Assembly (NCBI RefSeq): GCF_000017845.1
Contig: NC_010546.1
Coordinates: forward strand, 2,040,001 to 2,072,000
Direction: 5' to 3'
DNA length: 32,000 bases
Source of the DNA: Crocosphaera subtropica ATCC 51142
Lineage (GTDB): Bacteria > Cyanobacteriota > Cyanobacteriia > Cyanobacteriales > Microcystaceae
A program made the translations under genes and the position numbers. Positions 8,707 through 16,145 of the stretch are shown here, piece after piece. The notes below the pieces were generated by a model. The model saw nothing but the letters and a program-made list of their open reading frames with translations. It ran no database searches and was not told where the DNA came from. Within the stretch, counting starts at the first letter, position 1. Each line of letters opens with the position of its first letter.

Positions 8707-10686
8707 ATGGTTGCATCCTCCGAAAAAAATAACATTGAATCTGTCTTACAAGAAAAACGGGTTTTTAACCCTCCGGCTGACTTTGCTACCAACGCACATA
8801 TCAAAAGTCTTCAACAATATGAAGAACTATATGAGAAGGCCAAAAACGATCCCGAAACCTTTTGGGCAGAACTAGCAGAACAAGAATTATATTGGTTCGA
8901 GAAATGGGATCAAGTTCTAGACTGGAACCCCCCCACCGCCAAATGGTTTGTTAATGGCAAACTGAATATGTCCTATAACTGCCTCGATCGCCATCTTACC
9001 ACTTGGCGACGCAACAAAGCAGCTATTATCTGGGAAGGAGAACCCGGCGACTCTCGCACCCTCACCTACGGGGAACTACACCGAGAAGTGTGTCAGTTTG
9101 CCAATGTGTTGAAAGACATGGGAGTGCAAAAAGGCGATCGCGTGGGTATTTATATGCCGATGGTTCCCGAAGCTGCGATCGCTATGTTAGCCTGTACTCG
9201 GATCGGTGCGCCCCATAGTGTCGTATTTGGTGGGTTTAGTGCCGAAGCATTACGCGATCGCTTAGAAGATGCAGAGGCTAAAGTTGTCATTACTGCGGAT
9301 GGGGGGTTTCGCAAAGATAAGATCGTTCCCCTGAAAATAGAAGTGGATCAAGCCCTCGAAAATGGGGCTTCTAGCGTCGAAAAAGTGATCGTTGTACAAC
9401 GGACCAAACAAGATGTTACCATGCGCGAAGGACGTGATTATTGGTGGCACGATCTCCAAAAAGATGCCTCTCCTAAATGCGATGCAGAAGTAATGGATAG
9501 CGAAGATCCCCTATTCATTCTCTATACCAGTGGTAGTACAGGAAAACCTAAAGGGGTTGTCCATACCACCGGCGGTTATAACCTTTATACCCACATGACC
9601 ACAAAATGGATCTTTGATCTCAAAGACACCGATGTTTATTGGTGTACTGCCGATGTGGGTTGGATCACGGGACACAGTTACATTGTTTATGGTCCTCTTT
9701 CTAATGGTGCAACATCTTTGATGTATGAAGGGGTTCCTCGTCCCTCTAACCCTGGTTGTTTTTGGGATGTGGTAGAAAAATACGGGGTCAATGTCTTTTA
9801 TACTGCACCTACAGCTATCCGTGCATTTATGAAGATGGGAGAAGAATTACCCAACGCCAGGGATCTCTCATCCTTGCGTTTGTTGGGAACCGTCGGGGAA
9901 CCCATCAACCCCGAAGCTTGGATGTGGTATCACCGAGTTATTGGGGGTGAAAAATGTCCTATCGTTGATACTTGGTGGCAAACCGAAACCGGTGGGATCA
10001 TGATTACACCGTTACCTGGGGCCACACCCACCAAACCGGGATCAGCGACTCGTCCTTTCCCTGGTATTATTGCCGATGTGGTGGACAAAGACGGGAACCC
10101 CGTTCCCAACAATGCCGGAGGATATCTCGTTATTAAACATCCCTGGCCCAGTATGTTACGCACTGTTTATAATAACCCTGAACGCTTCCAAAAGACCTAT
10201 TGGGACCCCATTCCTGAAGTTGAAGGGAAACCGGTCTATTTCGCTGGTGATAGTGCGCGGAAGGATGAAAACGGCTATTTTTGGATTATGGGCCGCACCG
10301 ATGACGTGATGAATGTCTCCGGACACCGTTTGGGTTCAATGGAGTTAGAGTCTGCGTTAGTGTCTCATCCTGCAGTTGCTGAAGCGTCTGTGGTTGGGGT
10401 TCCCCATGAGATCAAAGGGGAAGATATTTATGCTTTTGTTACCTTGAAGGATAATTATAGCCCCAGTGACGAGTTAAATAAGGAGTTAAAACAGCACGTC
10501 GTAACTAAAATTAGTGCGATCGCTCGTCCGGGTACTATACAGTTTGCTGAAGCATTACCTAAAACGCGATCGGGTAAAATTGTACGGCGTTTCTTACGTC
10601 AAATAGCTGCCGGTCAAGATATTGTAGGAGATAAGTCTACGGTAGTTGATCCAAGTGTTTTGGATCAGTTGAGAGAGAAGGGTTAA
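8707..10686 (+). CDS. acs: Acetyl-CoA synthetase (acetate-CoA ligase)
   Basis: Motifs include [31 protein letters not shown], the AMP-binding motif [18 protein letters not shown] and [12 protein letters not shown] prefer ATG 8707 (MVASSEKNN...) to the TTG at 8689 used by the ORF track. Confidence 0.95.
   Translation: MVASSEKNNIESVLQEKRVFNPPADFATNAHIKSLQQYEELYEKAKNDPETFWAELAEQELYWFEKWDQVLDWNPPTAKWFVNGKLNMSYNCLDRHLTTWRRNKAAIIWEGEPGDSRTLTYGELHREVCQFANVLKDMGVQKGDRVGIYMPMVPEAAIAMLACTRIGAPHSVVFGGFSAEALRDRLEDAEAKVVITADGGFRKDKIVPLKIEVDQALENGASSVEKVIVVQRTKQDVTMREGRDYWWHDLQKDASPKCDAEVMDSEDPLFILYTSGSTGKPKGVVHTTGGYNLYTHMTTKWIFDLKDTDVYWCTADVGWITGHSYIVYGPLSNGATSLMYEGVPRPSNPGCFWDVVEKYGVNVFYTAPTAIRAFMKMGEELPNARDLSSLRLLGTVGEPINPEAWMWYHRVIGGEKCPIVDTWWQTETGGIMITPLPGATPTKPGSATRPFPGIIADVVDKDGNPVPNNAGGYLVIKHPWPSMLRTVYNNPERFQKTYWDPIPEVEGKPVYFAGDSARKDENGYFWIMGRTDDVMNVSGHRLGSMELESALVSHPAVAEASVVGVPHEIKGEDIYAFVTLKDNYSPSDELNKELKQHVVTKISAIARPGTIQFAEALPKTRSGKIVRRFLRQIAAGQDIVGDKSTVVDPSVLDQLREKG
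9134..9141. repeat. HIP1 octamer GCGATCGC (representative copy)
   Basis: Exact GCGATCGC also read at 207, 438, 2771, 3782, 5634, 9175, 9254, 10516, 13489 and 26651 (start positions). None lies within 6065-8690 and only one within 10690-13850. Confidence 0.9.
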
Positions 10687-10697
10687 TTGTTAGTTTA

Positions 10698-10719
10698 GGG
10701 TGGGCTTTTTTAGCTCACC
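10698..10719 (+). terminator. Imperfect hairpin after acs (GGGTGGGC-loop-GCTCACC), a degenerate member of the GGTGGGCA/TGCCCACC palindrome family
   Basis: GGGTGGGC at 10698-10705, a TTTTTTA loop, then GCTCACC at 10713-10719, 12 nt after the acs stop. No clean downstream T-run. Confidence 0.35.
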
Positions 10720-10765
10720 TTATTCGTCTAAATCTTATTCCCATCAAGTTATAGTAATTTTTCTA

Positions 10766-10942
10766 ATGCCAACTCACGAACAACTAGAAGGACTTTATCG
10801 AATTTGTTATTATTTAACTTATCGAGCTTTACAACCCATACATCTCATTTGTACCGATGAAAGAACAGGTAATCTGTTTATTTTGGCAGGAGATAAGGAA
10901 AATATCGAAATTGAAATAACCCCTAATGGAGAGGTAATTTAA
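10766..10942 (+). CDS. DUF6888-like small protein
   Basis: 58 aa from ATG 10766 (MPTHEQLEGLYRICYYLTYRALQPIHLICTDERTGNLFILAGDKENIEIEITPNGEVI), resembling the cyanobacterial DUF6888 family. The track's 10700 start lies inside the acs hairpin. Its TAA stop overlaps the next ATG (TAATG at 10940-10944). Confidence 0.6.
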   Translation: MPTHEQLEGLYRICYYLTYRALQPIHLICTDERTGNLFILAGDKENIEIEITPNGEVI

Positions 10943-11157
10943 TGTCAGAGATTAATTATGATCAAATGTCAGACCAAGAACTTAGACAATATTTCTTAGA
11001 ACATAAAAATGATCAACCTGCTTTACAAGCATATTTGCAAAGACGAAATAAACAACGGAGACAAGTTATTACAAAAGTTGGTGATCCTGATTTTGATTTG
11101 AAGATAGAAAAGGCAATTAAATCAAAATTAGAAAGCCGTATCAATAGACAATTATAA
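10942..11157 (+). CDS. DUF6887-like small protein
   Basis: 71 aa. The N-terminus (INYDQMSDQELRQYFLEHKNDQPALQAYLQR) is typical of the cyanobacterial DUF6887 family that pairs with DUF6888. Confidence 0.65.
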   Translation: MSEINYDQMSDQELRQYFLEHKNDQPALQAYLQRRNKQRRQVITKVGDPDFDLKIEKAIKSKLESRINRQL

Positions 11158-11179
11158 AATCAGGGTAAAATAAATAATA

Positions 11180-12859
11180 ATGAAGCCTAAAGTTTGGATT
11201 GAAAAAATAAAATTTAGTGATGATTCAGAAGTTACTTTTGACTCTAATCAGATTGTCGTATTTGTTGGACCTAACAATGTAGGAAAAAGTGCATCATTGA
11301 AAGAGTTAAATATTTTAACGAGAAGTAATCATAAGAATGGAAAAGTTATTAAAGACTTCAGGTTACAAAAAGAAGGTAGCATAGACTATTTAGTAGAATA
11401 TCTTGAAAAATTTTCAATGAAAGAATTTTCAAATAATCCTGAACCTCACTATAAAGGTTATAGATTTAATGTATATAAAGGTAATTGTCGTAGTTGGTGG
11501 AGTATGAATAATCAACTTTTAGATTTACAACCTGTTTTTATTAACTTAATTAAAACTGAAGATAGATTAACTGCTGCAAACCCACCTAAGAATATATCAT
11601 TAACTAAAGATGCAATACAACATCCGATTCATTTTTTGCAAAAAGATGACACCATAGAAAAACAATTTAGTGACTATTTTAGACAAGCATTCGGTCAAGA
11701 TTTAATTGTTCATAGAAATGCAGGAGATCATGTTCCTTTATATATTGGTCAAAAACCCATACCTAAAGAGGGTGAAGATAGAGTATCAAGAAGTTATTTA
11801 GAAGAACTAGAAAAACTACCTTTATTACATGAACAAGGAGATGGAATGCGTAGCTTTGTTGGGGTTTTATTAAATGCTTTTATTTCTAATCATAATATTT
11901 TATTGATTGATGAACCTGAAGCATTTTTACATCCTCCTCAAGCGAGACTTTTAGGGAAAATGTTAGCCAAAGATTTACCCACTGACAGACAGTTATTTTT
12001 AGCAACTCATAGCAGTGATTTTTTAAGAGGATTATTAGAAGCACAAGTTTCTAGACTGAAAATTATTAGAATAGAAAGAGAAAAGCATATAAATAAAATT
12101 AGTGTGTTAGATAATTCAGAGATTATAGAAGTTTGGAATGATCCACTGCTAAGACATTCAAATATTTTAGATGGTTTATTTCATTCTAAAGTCATTATTT
12201 GTGAGAGTGATTCTGATTGTAGATTTTATTCCGCAATTCTACAAAGTATATATGAGAATGAATCTAACATTAGTCCCGATTTTCTCTTTGTTCATTGTGG
12301 AGGAAAACATAGAGTTAGTTCTGTAGTGAAAGCATTAAAACAATTAAATGTAAATGTTAATAGTATTTTAGATTTTGATGTTTTAAACAATCAAAACCCA
12401 TTAAAACAGATTTTTGAAGAGTTAGGAGGTGATTGGTCAATCATTGAAAAAGACTGGAAACTTGTGAAAACAAAAATAGATGAAAAAAGACCAGAACTAA
12501 CAACAGAAGATGTAAAAAAAGAGTTGAGTTTAATTCTTGAATCAACGACAGACAGAATTTTTCCTAAAAATAAAATAAAAGAAGTTGAAAATATCCTTAA
12601 AAAAGTTTCAGCATGGCAAGATGCTAAAAAAGTCGGTAAAAGTTTTATTCCTAATGGTGATCCAACTCAAGCTTATCAAAGATTAATTGTAGAATTAGAA
12701 CAAGTAGGATTAATGATTGTAGAAGTAGGAGAACTGGAAAGCTTTGTAAGATCAATTGGAAATCATGGGCCAAAATGGGTTAATGAAGTATTATATAAAG
12801 ACTTCGCTAATGATCCTGAATTACATGATGCAAGAGAATTTGTTAAAAAATTAATTTAG
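11180..12859 (+). CDS. Fused ABC-type ATPase + DUF4435/Toprim-like nuclease (OLD-family / merged-PARIS-like)
   Basis: 559 aa. The N-terminal half has Walker A (FVGPNNVGKSASL), a signature-like motif (QGDGMRSFVGVL), Walker B (ILLIDEPEAFLHPPQ) and an H-loop (LATHSSDF). The C-terminal half has ICESDSDCRFYS (E342), HCGGK, ILDFDV (D398/D400) and WSIIEKDW (E423), the same order as in the separate 318-aa ORF at 7504-8460. Confidence 0.8.
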   Translation: MKPKVWIEKIKFSDDSEVTFDSNQIVVFVGPNNVGKSASLKELNILTRSNHKNGKVIKDFRLQKEGSIDYLVEYLEKFSMKEFSNNPEPHYKGYRFNVYKGNCRSWWSMNNQLLDLQPVFINLIKTEDRLTAANPPKNISLTKDAIQHPIHFLQKDDTIEKQFSDYFRQAFGQDLIVHRNAGDHVPLYIGQKPIPKEGEDRVSRSYLEELEKLPLLHEQGDGMRSFVGVLLNAFISNHNILLIDEPEAFLHPPQARLLGKMLAKDLPTDRQLFLATHSSDFLRGLLEAQVSRLKIIRIEREKHINKISVLDNSEIIEVWNDPLLRHSNILDGLFHSKVIICESDSDCRFYSAILQSIYENESNISPDFLFVHCGGKHRVSSVVKALKQLNVNVNSILDFDVLNNQNPLKQIFEELGGDWSIIEKDWKLVKTKIDEKRPELTTEDVKKELSLILESTTDRIFPKNKIKEVENILKKVSAWQDAKKVGKSFIPNGDPTQAYQRLIVELEQVGLMIVEVGELESFVRSIGNHGPKWVNEVLYKDFANDPELHDAREFVKKLI

Positions 12860-12862
12860 TGT

Positions 12863-12877
12863 GATCTCGAAGAGATC
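12863..12877 (+). terminator. Short hairpin 4 nt after the ATPase-nuclease stop
   Basis: GATCTC-GAA-GAGATC (12863-12877), followed by CACTTT and a second T-run at 12893-12897. Weak. Confidence 0.3.
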
Positions 12878-12921
12878 CACTTTGCGGTGCGCCTTTTTAT
12901 AGGGTGTATTAATGAAATGTA

Positions 12922-13332
12922 ATGCACCAACTTGCTGTTATTATTTTAAACTATTTTAGTTCACCTGATAAAATTAATAAGGAGAAGACTATTATCGTTA
13001 ATCTACTGCCTTATGTTGATAATGCTAAGGTTGATATTCGTAAACTGCGTGATTATTGTCTTAATCCCGATCATGATGATGGTAAGCACAAAGCTCATTT
13101 ATTTTCGTCAATTTTAGGGATGACTGCTGATAATGCCGAAGAATTACGTCAAATTATTTTTAAGATGATCAAAACCCATGAAGCTAAATTAGGACGAAAG
13201 GATAAATATGGTCAACGTTACACGGTAGATTTTACACTTAAATGGCAAAACAAAAGTGCAATAATTAGAACAGGTTGGATTATCGAAAATCATTCTAAAA
13301 TTCCGAAATTAACTACTTGCTATCCCCTTTAA
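12922..13332 (+). CDS. DUF6883-like protein (putative toxin-like partner of DUF4926)
   Basis: The conserved core (VDIRKLRDYCLNPDHDDGKHKAHLFSSILGMTADNAEELRQII...YGQRYTVDF...WIIENHSKIPKLTTCYPL) matches the DUF6883 family as I remember it. The true start is uncertain: an AAGGAG at 12979-12984 precedes an in-frame ATT at 12991, while ATG 12922 has no Shine-Dalgarno sequence. Confidence 0.65.
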   Translation: MHQLAVIILNYFSSPDKINKEKTIIVNLLPYVDNAKVDIRKLRDYCLNPDHDDGKHKAHLFSSILGMTADNAEELRQIIFKMIKTHEAKLGRKDKYGQRYTVDFTLKWQNKSAIIRTGWIIENHSKIPKLTTCYPL

Positions 13333-13352
13333 TTTTTTGGAGGTCAAATAAA

Positions 13353-13607
13353 ATGAAAACTGATAAAGTAAAATTGCTTGATGTAGTTGCCTTAACGGTT
13401 GATATTCCTGAAGATAAACTATTTAAAGGTCAAGTCGGTACAGTTGTTGATATTTTAGCCGATGGAACAGCGTATGAAGTTGAATTTAGCGATCGCAATG
13501 GACGAACTTACGAATCTCTTGGACTCAGTGCTGACCAATTTATGATATTACACTTTGAGCCAATTAACCCTAATTCAACCTCAGAAATGATTACCACCAA
13601 AGTATAA
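13353..13607 (+). CDS. DUF4926-like small protein
   Basis: 84 aa from ATG 13353, preceded by GGAGG at 13339-13343. LLDVVALTVDIPEDKLFKGQVGTVVDILADGTAYEVEFSDRNGRTYESLGLSADQFMILH is typical of DUF4926. Contains the only HIP1 site of this insert. Confidence 0.8.
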   Translation: MKTDKVKLLDVVALTVDIPEDKLFKGQVGTVVDILADGTAYEVEFSDRNGRTYESLGLSADQFMILHFEPINPNSTSEMITTKV

Positions 13608-13629
13608 TGTTTTATAAAAGAGTTAAAAA

Positions 13630-13833
13630 ATGAAAATTAATATAGATAGAGATCCAGCCATTATTGAAGAAGCTTTACAAGTTTTAAGTCAACATTTAGA
13701 ACCTTCTAAACTAATGCGTTTTTTGGCTATTTGTAATTTAGGTAGTGTTGATTATTTCAACCTTAAAGAAAAACTTTTTGACGGGGAAACTGTAGATAGT
13801 CTCTATGAAAAAATAAAAGCTTTTGGGCTTTAA
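13630..13833 (+). CDS. Hypothetical 67-aa protein
   Basis: ORF 22 nt after the DUF4926-like gene on the same strand. I think I have seen the helical sequence (IDRDPAIIEEALQVLSQHLEPSKLMRF...LYEKIKAF) in other small cyanobacterial hypothetical proteins, but I cannot name a family. Confidence 0.5.
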   Translation: MKINIDRDPAIIEEALQVLSQHLEPSKLMRFLAICNLGSVDYFNLKEKLFDGETVDSLYEKIKAFGL

Positions 13834-14186
13834 CTTTTTCTGCACTGGGTTTTATGAGGGTTTTAAAACCTAGCTTTTCCCCCTTTCTCTAAGAGATTCA
13901 TGAGGGTTACTTCCTGCTTTGCCCATTTTGATAACCGTTCTCCATGGGAAAGGGTTATGCTTTCACTCCACCACCGAGAGGAAAGGACTTACACCTTCAC
14001 GGTTATTGAGTTGTCAAGGTACTTGACCTTGCCCTACCTAGGTCTGTTAAACTTTTGGTAAGAACAAATCGGCTCAACTTCTCAGAGGCTTCCTTAACTT
14101 TTGTAGCTAATGCTGTTATAGATAGCAAGAGTCGCGCTTTAATAAGATTGAACAATATCAAATTTTCAACAATATATATAAATAGT

Positions 14187-15503
14187 ATGAAATTAAGTCG
14201 CACTTTGACCCTTTTGGGTTTGGTTTTGCTATTCTTGTTGATTTCTATGAATTCCGCTGCTGCTTTTTGTGGGTTTTATGTAGCTAAAGCTGATAGTGAA
14301 CTGTACAATCAAGCGTCTCAAGTTATTATTGCTAGGGACGGAAAACGAACTGTTTTGACCATGGCTAATGATTATCAAGGGGAAGTTAATGATTTTGCTA
14401 TGGTGGTTCCGGTTCCCGTTATTTTAACCGAAGAACAAGTTAAAGTTGGAGAACCGAAAATTATTGAGAGATTGGATGCTTTTAGTGCGCCAAGGTTAGT
14501 CGAATATTTTGATGAAGATCCCTGTACTCGTTCCTATTTAGAAGATGAACTTTTTAGAACTCCTGCTGCTCCTCAAGCAGCATCGGAAATGAAAGAAAGT
14601 CGTAATAATGCTTTAGGGGTAACGGTTGAAGAAGCGTTTAGCGTAGGCGAATATGATATCGTTATTCTCAGTGCAAAAGAGTCTAGTGGGTTAGAAGTTT
14701 GGTTAAGAGAAAATGGCTATAAAATACCTAATGGAGCCAGTGAAATTTTACGGCCTTATATTCAACAAAATCTTAAATTTTTTGTAGCTAAAGTAAATTT
14801 AACGGAATACGAAAACACAGGGTTTAAATCCCTTCGTCCTTTGATGATGGCCTATGAATCTCCTAAGTTTATGTTGCCCATTCGTTTAGGAATGTTGAAT
14901 GCCCAGGGAGAACAGGATTTGATTGTTTACTTATTATCTCCCAAAGGACAAGTTGAATTAACTAATTATCGCACAGTAAAAGTTCCCTCTGATGTAGAAA
15001 TACCTGAATTTATTCAACAAGAATTTGCTCCCTTTTATAAAGCAATGTTTACTAAAAGTTATGAACGAAACGGCAAGAAAGTCGCTTTTGTTGAATATGC
15101 TTGGAATATGGCCAATTGTGACCCTTGTTCAGCGCAACCCTTGAACCGTGAAGAATTAGAAAAAGCGGGAGTATTTTGGTTAAATAATAGTCGTTTTAAT
15201 AATGTGTTTATTACTCGTCTTCATGTGCGTTATCAACGGGATAATTTTCCTGAAGATTTGAAGTTTCAAGAAACGGCTAATAATCAATTGTTCCAAGGAA
15301 GGTATATTATCCGTCATCCGTTTCGAGAAAAAAGAGGTTGTGATGCAGCTAAAAGTTATTATCAATCAGTCAGAGAAAGACAAGACAAAGAAGCGATAAC
15401 TTTATCTCGTTTAACAGGATGGAATCTTTATGATATTCGTAAAAAAATTAATTTTGTTGAGTTTGAAAATGTTCCTTGGTGGCAAAGAATTTTCGGTTCT
15501 TAA
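14187..15503 (+). CDS. DUF2330 domain protein (secreted or membrane-anchored)
   Basis: Taking ATG 14187 gives a signal peptide (MKLSRTLTLLGLVLLFLLISMNSAAA) followed by FCGFYVAKAD...FAMVVPVPV, the DUF2330 N-terminal signature. The track's 14055 TTG extension looks spurious. Confidence 0.8.
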   Translation: MKLSRTLTLLGLVLLFLLISMNSAAAFCGFYVAKADSELYNQASQVIIARDGKRTVLTMANDYQGEVNDFAMVVPVPVILTEEQVKVGEPKIIERLDAFSAPRLVEYFDEDPCTRSYLEDELFRTPAAPQAASEMKESRNNALGVTVEEAFSVGEYDIVILSAKESSGLEVWLRENGYKIPNGASEILRPYIQQNLKFFVAKVNLTEYENTGFKSLRPLMMAYESPKFMLPIRLGMLNAQGEQDLIVYLLSPKGQVELTNYRTVKVPSDVEIPEFIQQEFAPFYKAMFTKSYERNGKKVAFVEYAWNMANCDPCSAQPLNREELEKAGVFWLNNSRFNNVFITRLHVRYQRDNFPEDLKFQETANNQLFQGRYIIRHPFREKRGCDAAKSYYQSVRERQDKEAITLSRLTGWNLYDIRKKINFVEFENVPWWQRIFGS

Positions 15504-15547
15504 TAGGAATTTGCTCAGTTAAATTTATTAGAACATTGAGGTGACCT

Positions 15548-16129
15548 ATGGTAATTGATGTACAGAAAAAAACAAAATTCTATACTCCTGAAGAATATTT
15601 AAAGTTAGAAGCTGATGCTCAACAACGACATCATTATATTAAAGGAGAAATCATTGAAATGGCTGGCGGTACTCCTAATCATAATAAGATAGCATTAAAC
15701 TTAAGTAGTGCTTTAAACTTTGCCTTTAAAGGTAAACCATTAGATATTTTTATGACAGATCAAAGGTTATGGATTCCTTCAGAAAAAATCTACACTTATC
15801 CTGATATAATGGTAGTTGAGCAACCTTTAAACTATGCTCAAAATCGCAATGATACTTTAATTAATCCTTTGCTCATTGTTGAAGTGTTATCTACGTCAAC
15901 AAGGAATTATGATAAAGACGAAAAATTTGCAGCTTATCGGACTATTTCTAGTTTTCAAGAATATATTTTAATTGATCAAAATTGTATCCATATTGAACAA
16001 TATATCCGACAAGACTCGAATAAATGGACGTTTATTGAATACAATAATTCTACGGATACTTTAATCCTATCTTCGGTTAATTTTGAAATCGAACTTGTTG
16101 ATATTTACGATAAAGTCAATTTAAGCTAA
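15548..16129 (+). CDS. Uma2-family endonuclease (DUF820)
   Basis: 193 aa with YTPEEYLKLEADAQQRHHYIKGEIIEMAGGTPNHNKIALNL, YPDIMVV, LIVEVLSTST and KFAAYRTI, the restriction-endonuclease-like fold typical of cyanobacterial Uma2. Confidence 0.85.
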   Translation: MVIDVQKKTKFYTPEEYLKLEADAQQRHHYIKGEIIEMAGGTPNHNKIALNLSSALNFAFKGKPLDIFMTDQRLWIPSEKIYTYPDIMVVEQPLNYAQNRNDTLINPLLIVEVLSTSTRNYDKDEKFAAYRTISSFQEYILIDQNCIHIEQYIRQDSNKWTFIEYNNSTDTLILSSVNFEIELVDIYDKVNLS

Positions 16130-16145
16130 GTTTTAAAACCCAATT

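Noticed and set aside
8553-8804. 83-aa minus-strand ORF spanning the acs start; also 14003-14203 (-), 4455-4652 (+) and 5014-5208 (+)
   Set aside because: They overlap promoter, leader or pseudogene regions and, in part, real genes on the other strand. Their composition-driven hydrophobic products are typical of AT-rich non-coding DNA.
9003-10309. Five short ORFs (9003-9218, 9262-9459, 9756-9950, 9930-10163, 10070-10309) inside acs
   Set aside because: All are alternative-frame or antisense readings within a strongly supported acs gene. None has a family-like sequence.
6241-12859. Assigning the ATPase genes to Gabija, Septu, AbiL or retron-associated systems
   Set aside because: No UvrD-like helicase, HNH nuclease or reverse transcriptase/msr-msd is nearby. 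The nuclease motifs (E-x3-D..CG.K..D-x-D..S-I-E) fit DUF4435 better than what I recall of RloB-like proteins. The AbiL-like alternative cannot be fully excluded without HMM searches.
13931-14006. A 76-nt segment closed by an 8-bp stem, considered as a tRNA or tRNA-like integration target
   Set aside because: There is no T-loop (GTTCRANYC-like) sequence, and D-arm and anticodon-arm pairings cannot be drawn. The tRNA size match is probably coincidental. It is kept only as part of the unassigned-spacer finding.
8689-14186. N-terminal extensions used by the ORF track (8689 for acs, 10700 for the DUF6888-like gene, 13317 for the DUF4926-like gene, 14055 for DUF2330)
   Set aside because: The extensions start at non-ATG codons. 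They run through a terminator hairpin (10700), overlap the preceding gene (13317) or precede an obvious signal peptide (14187). Internal ATGs give family-typical N-termini.
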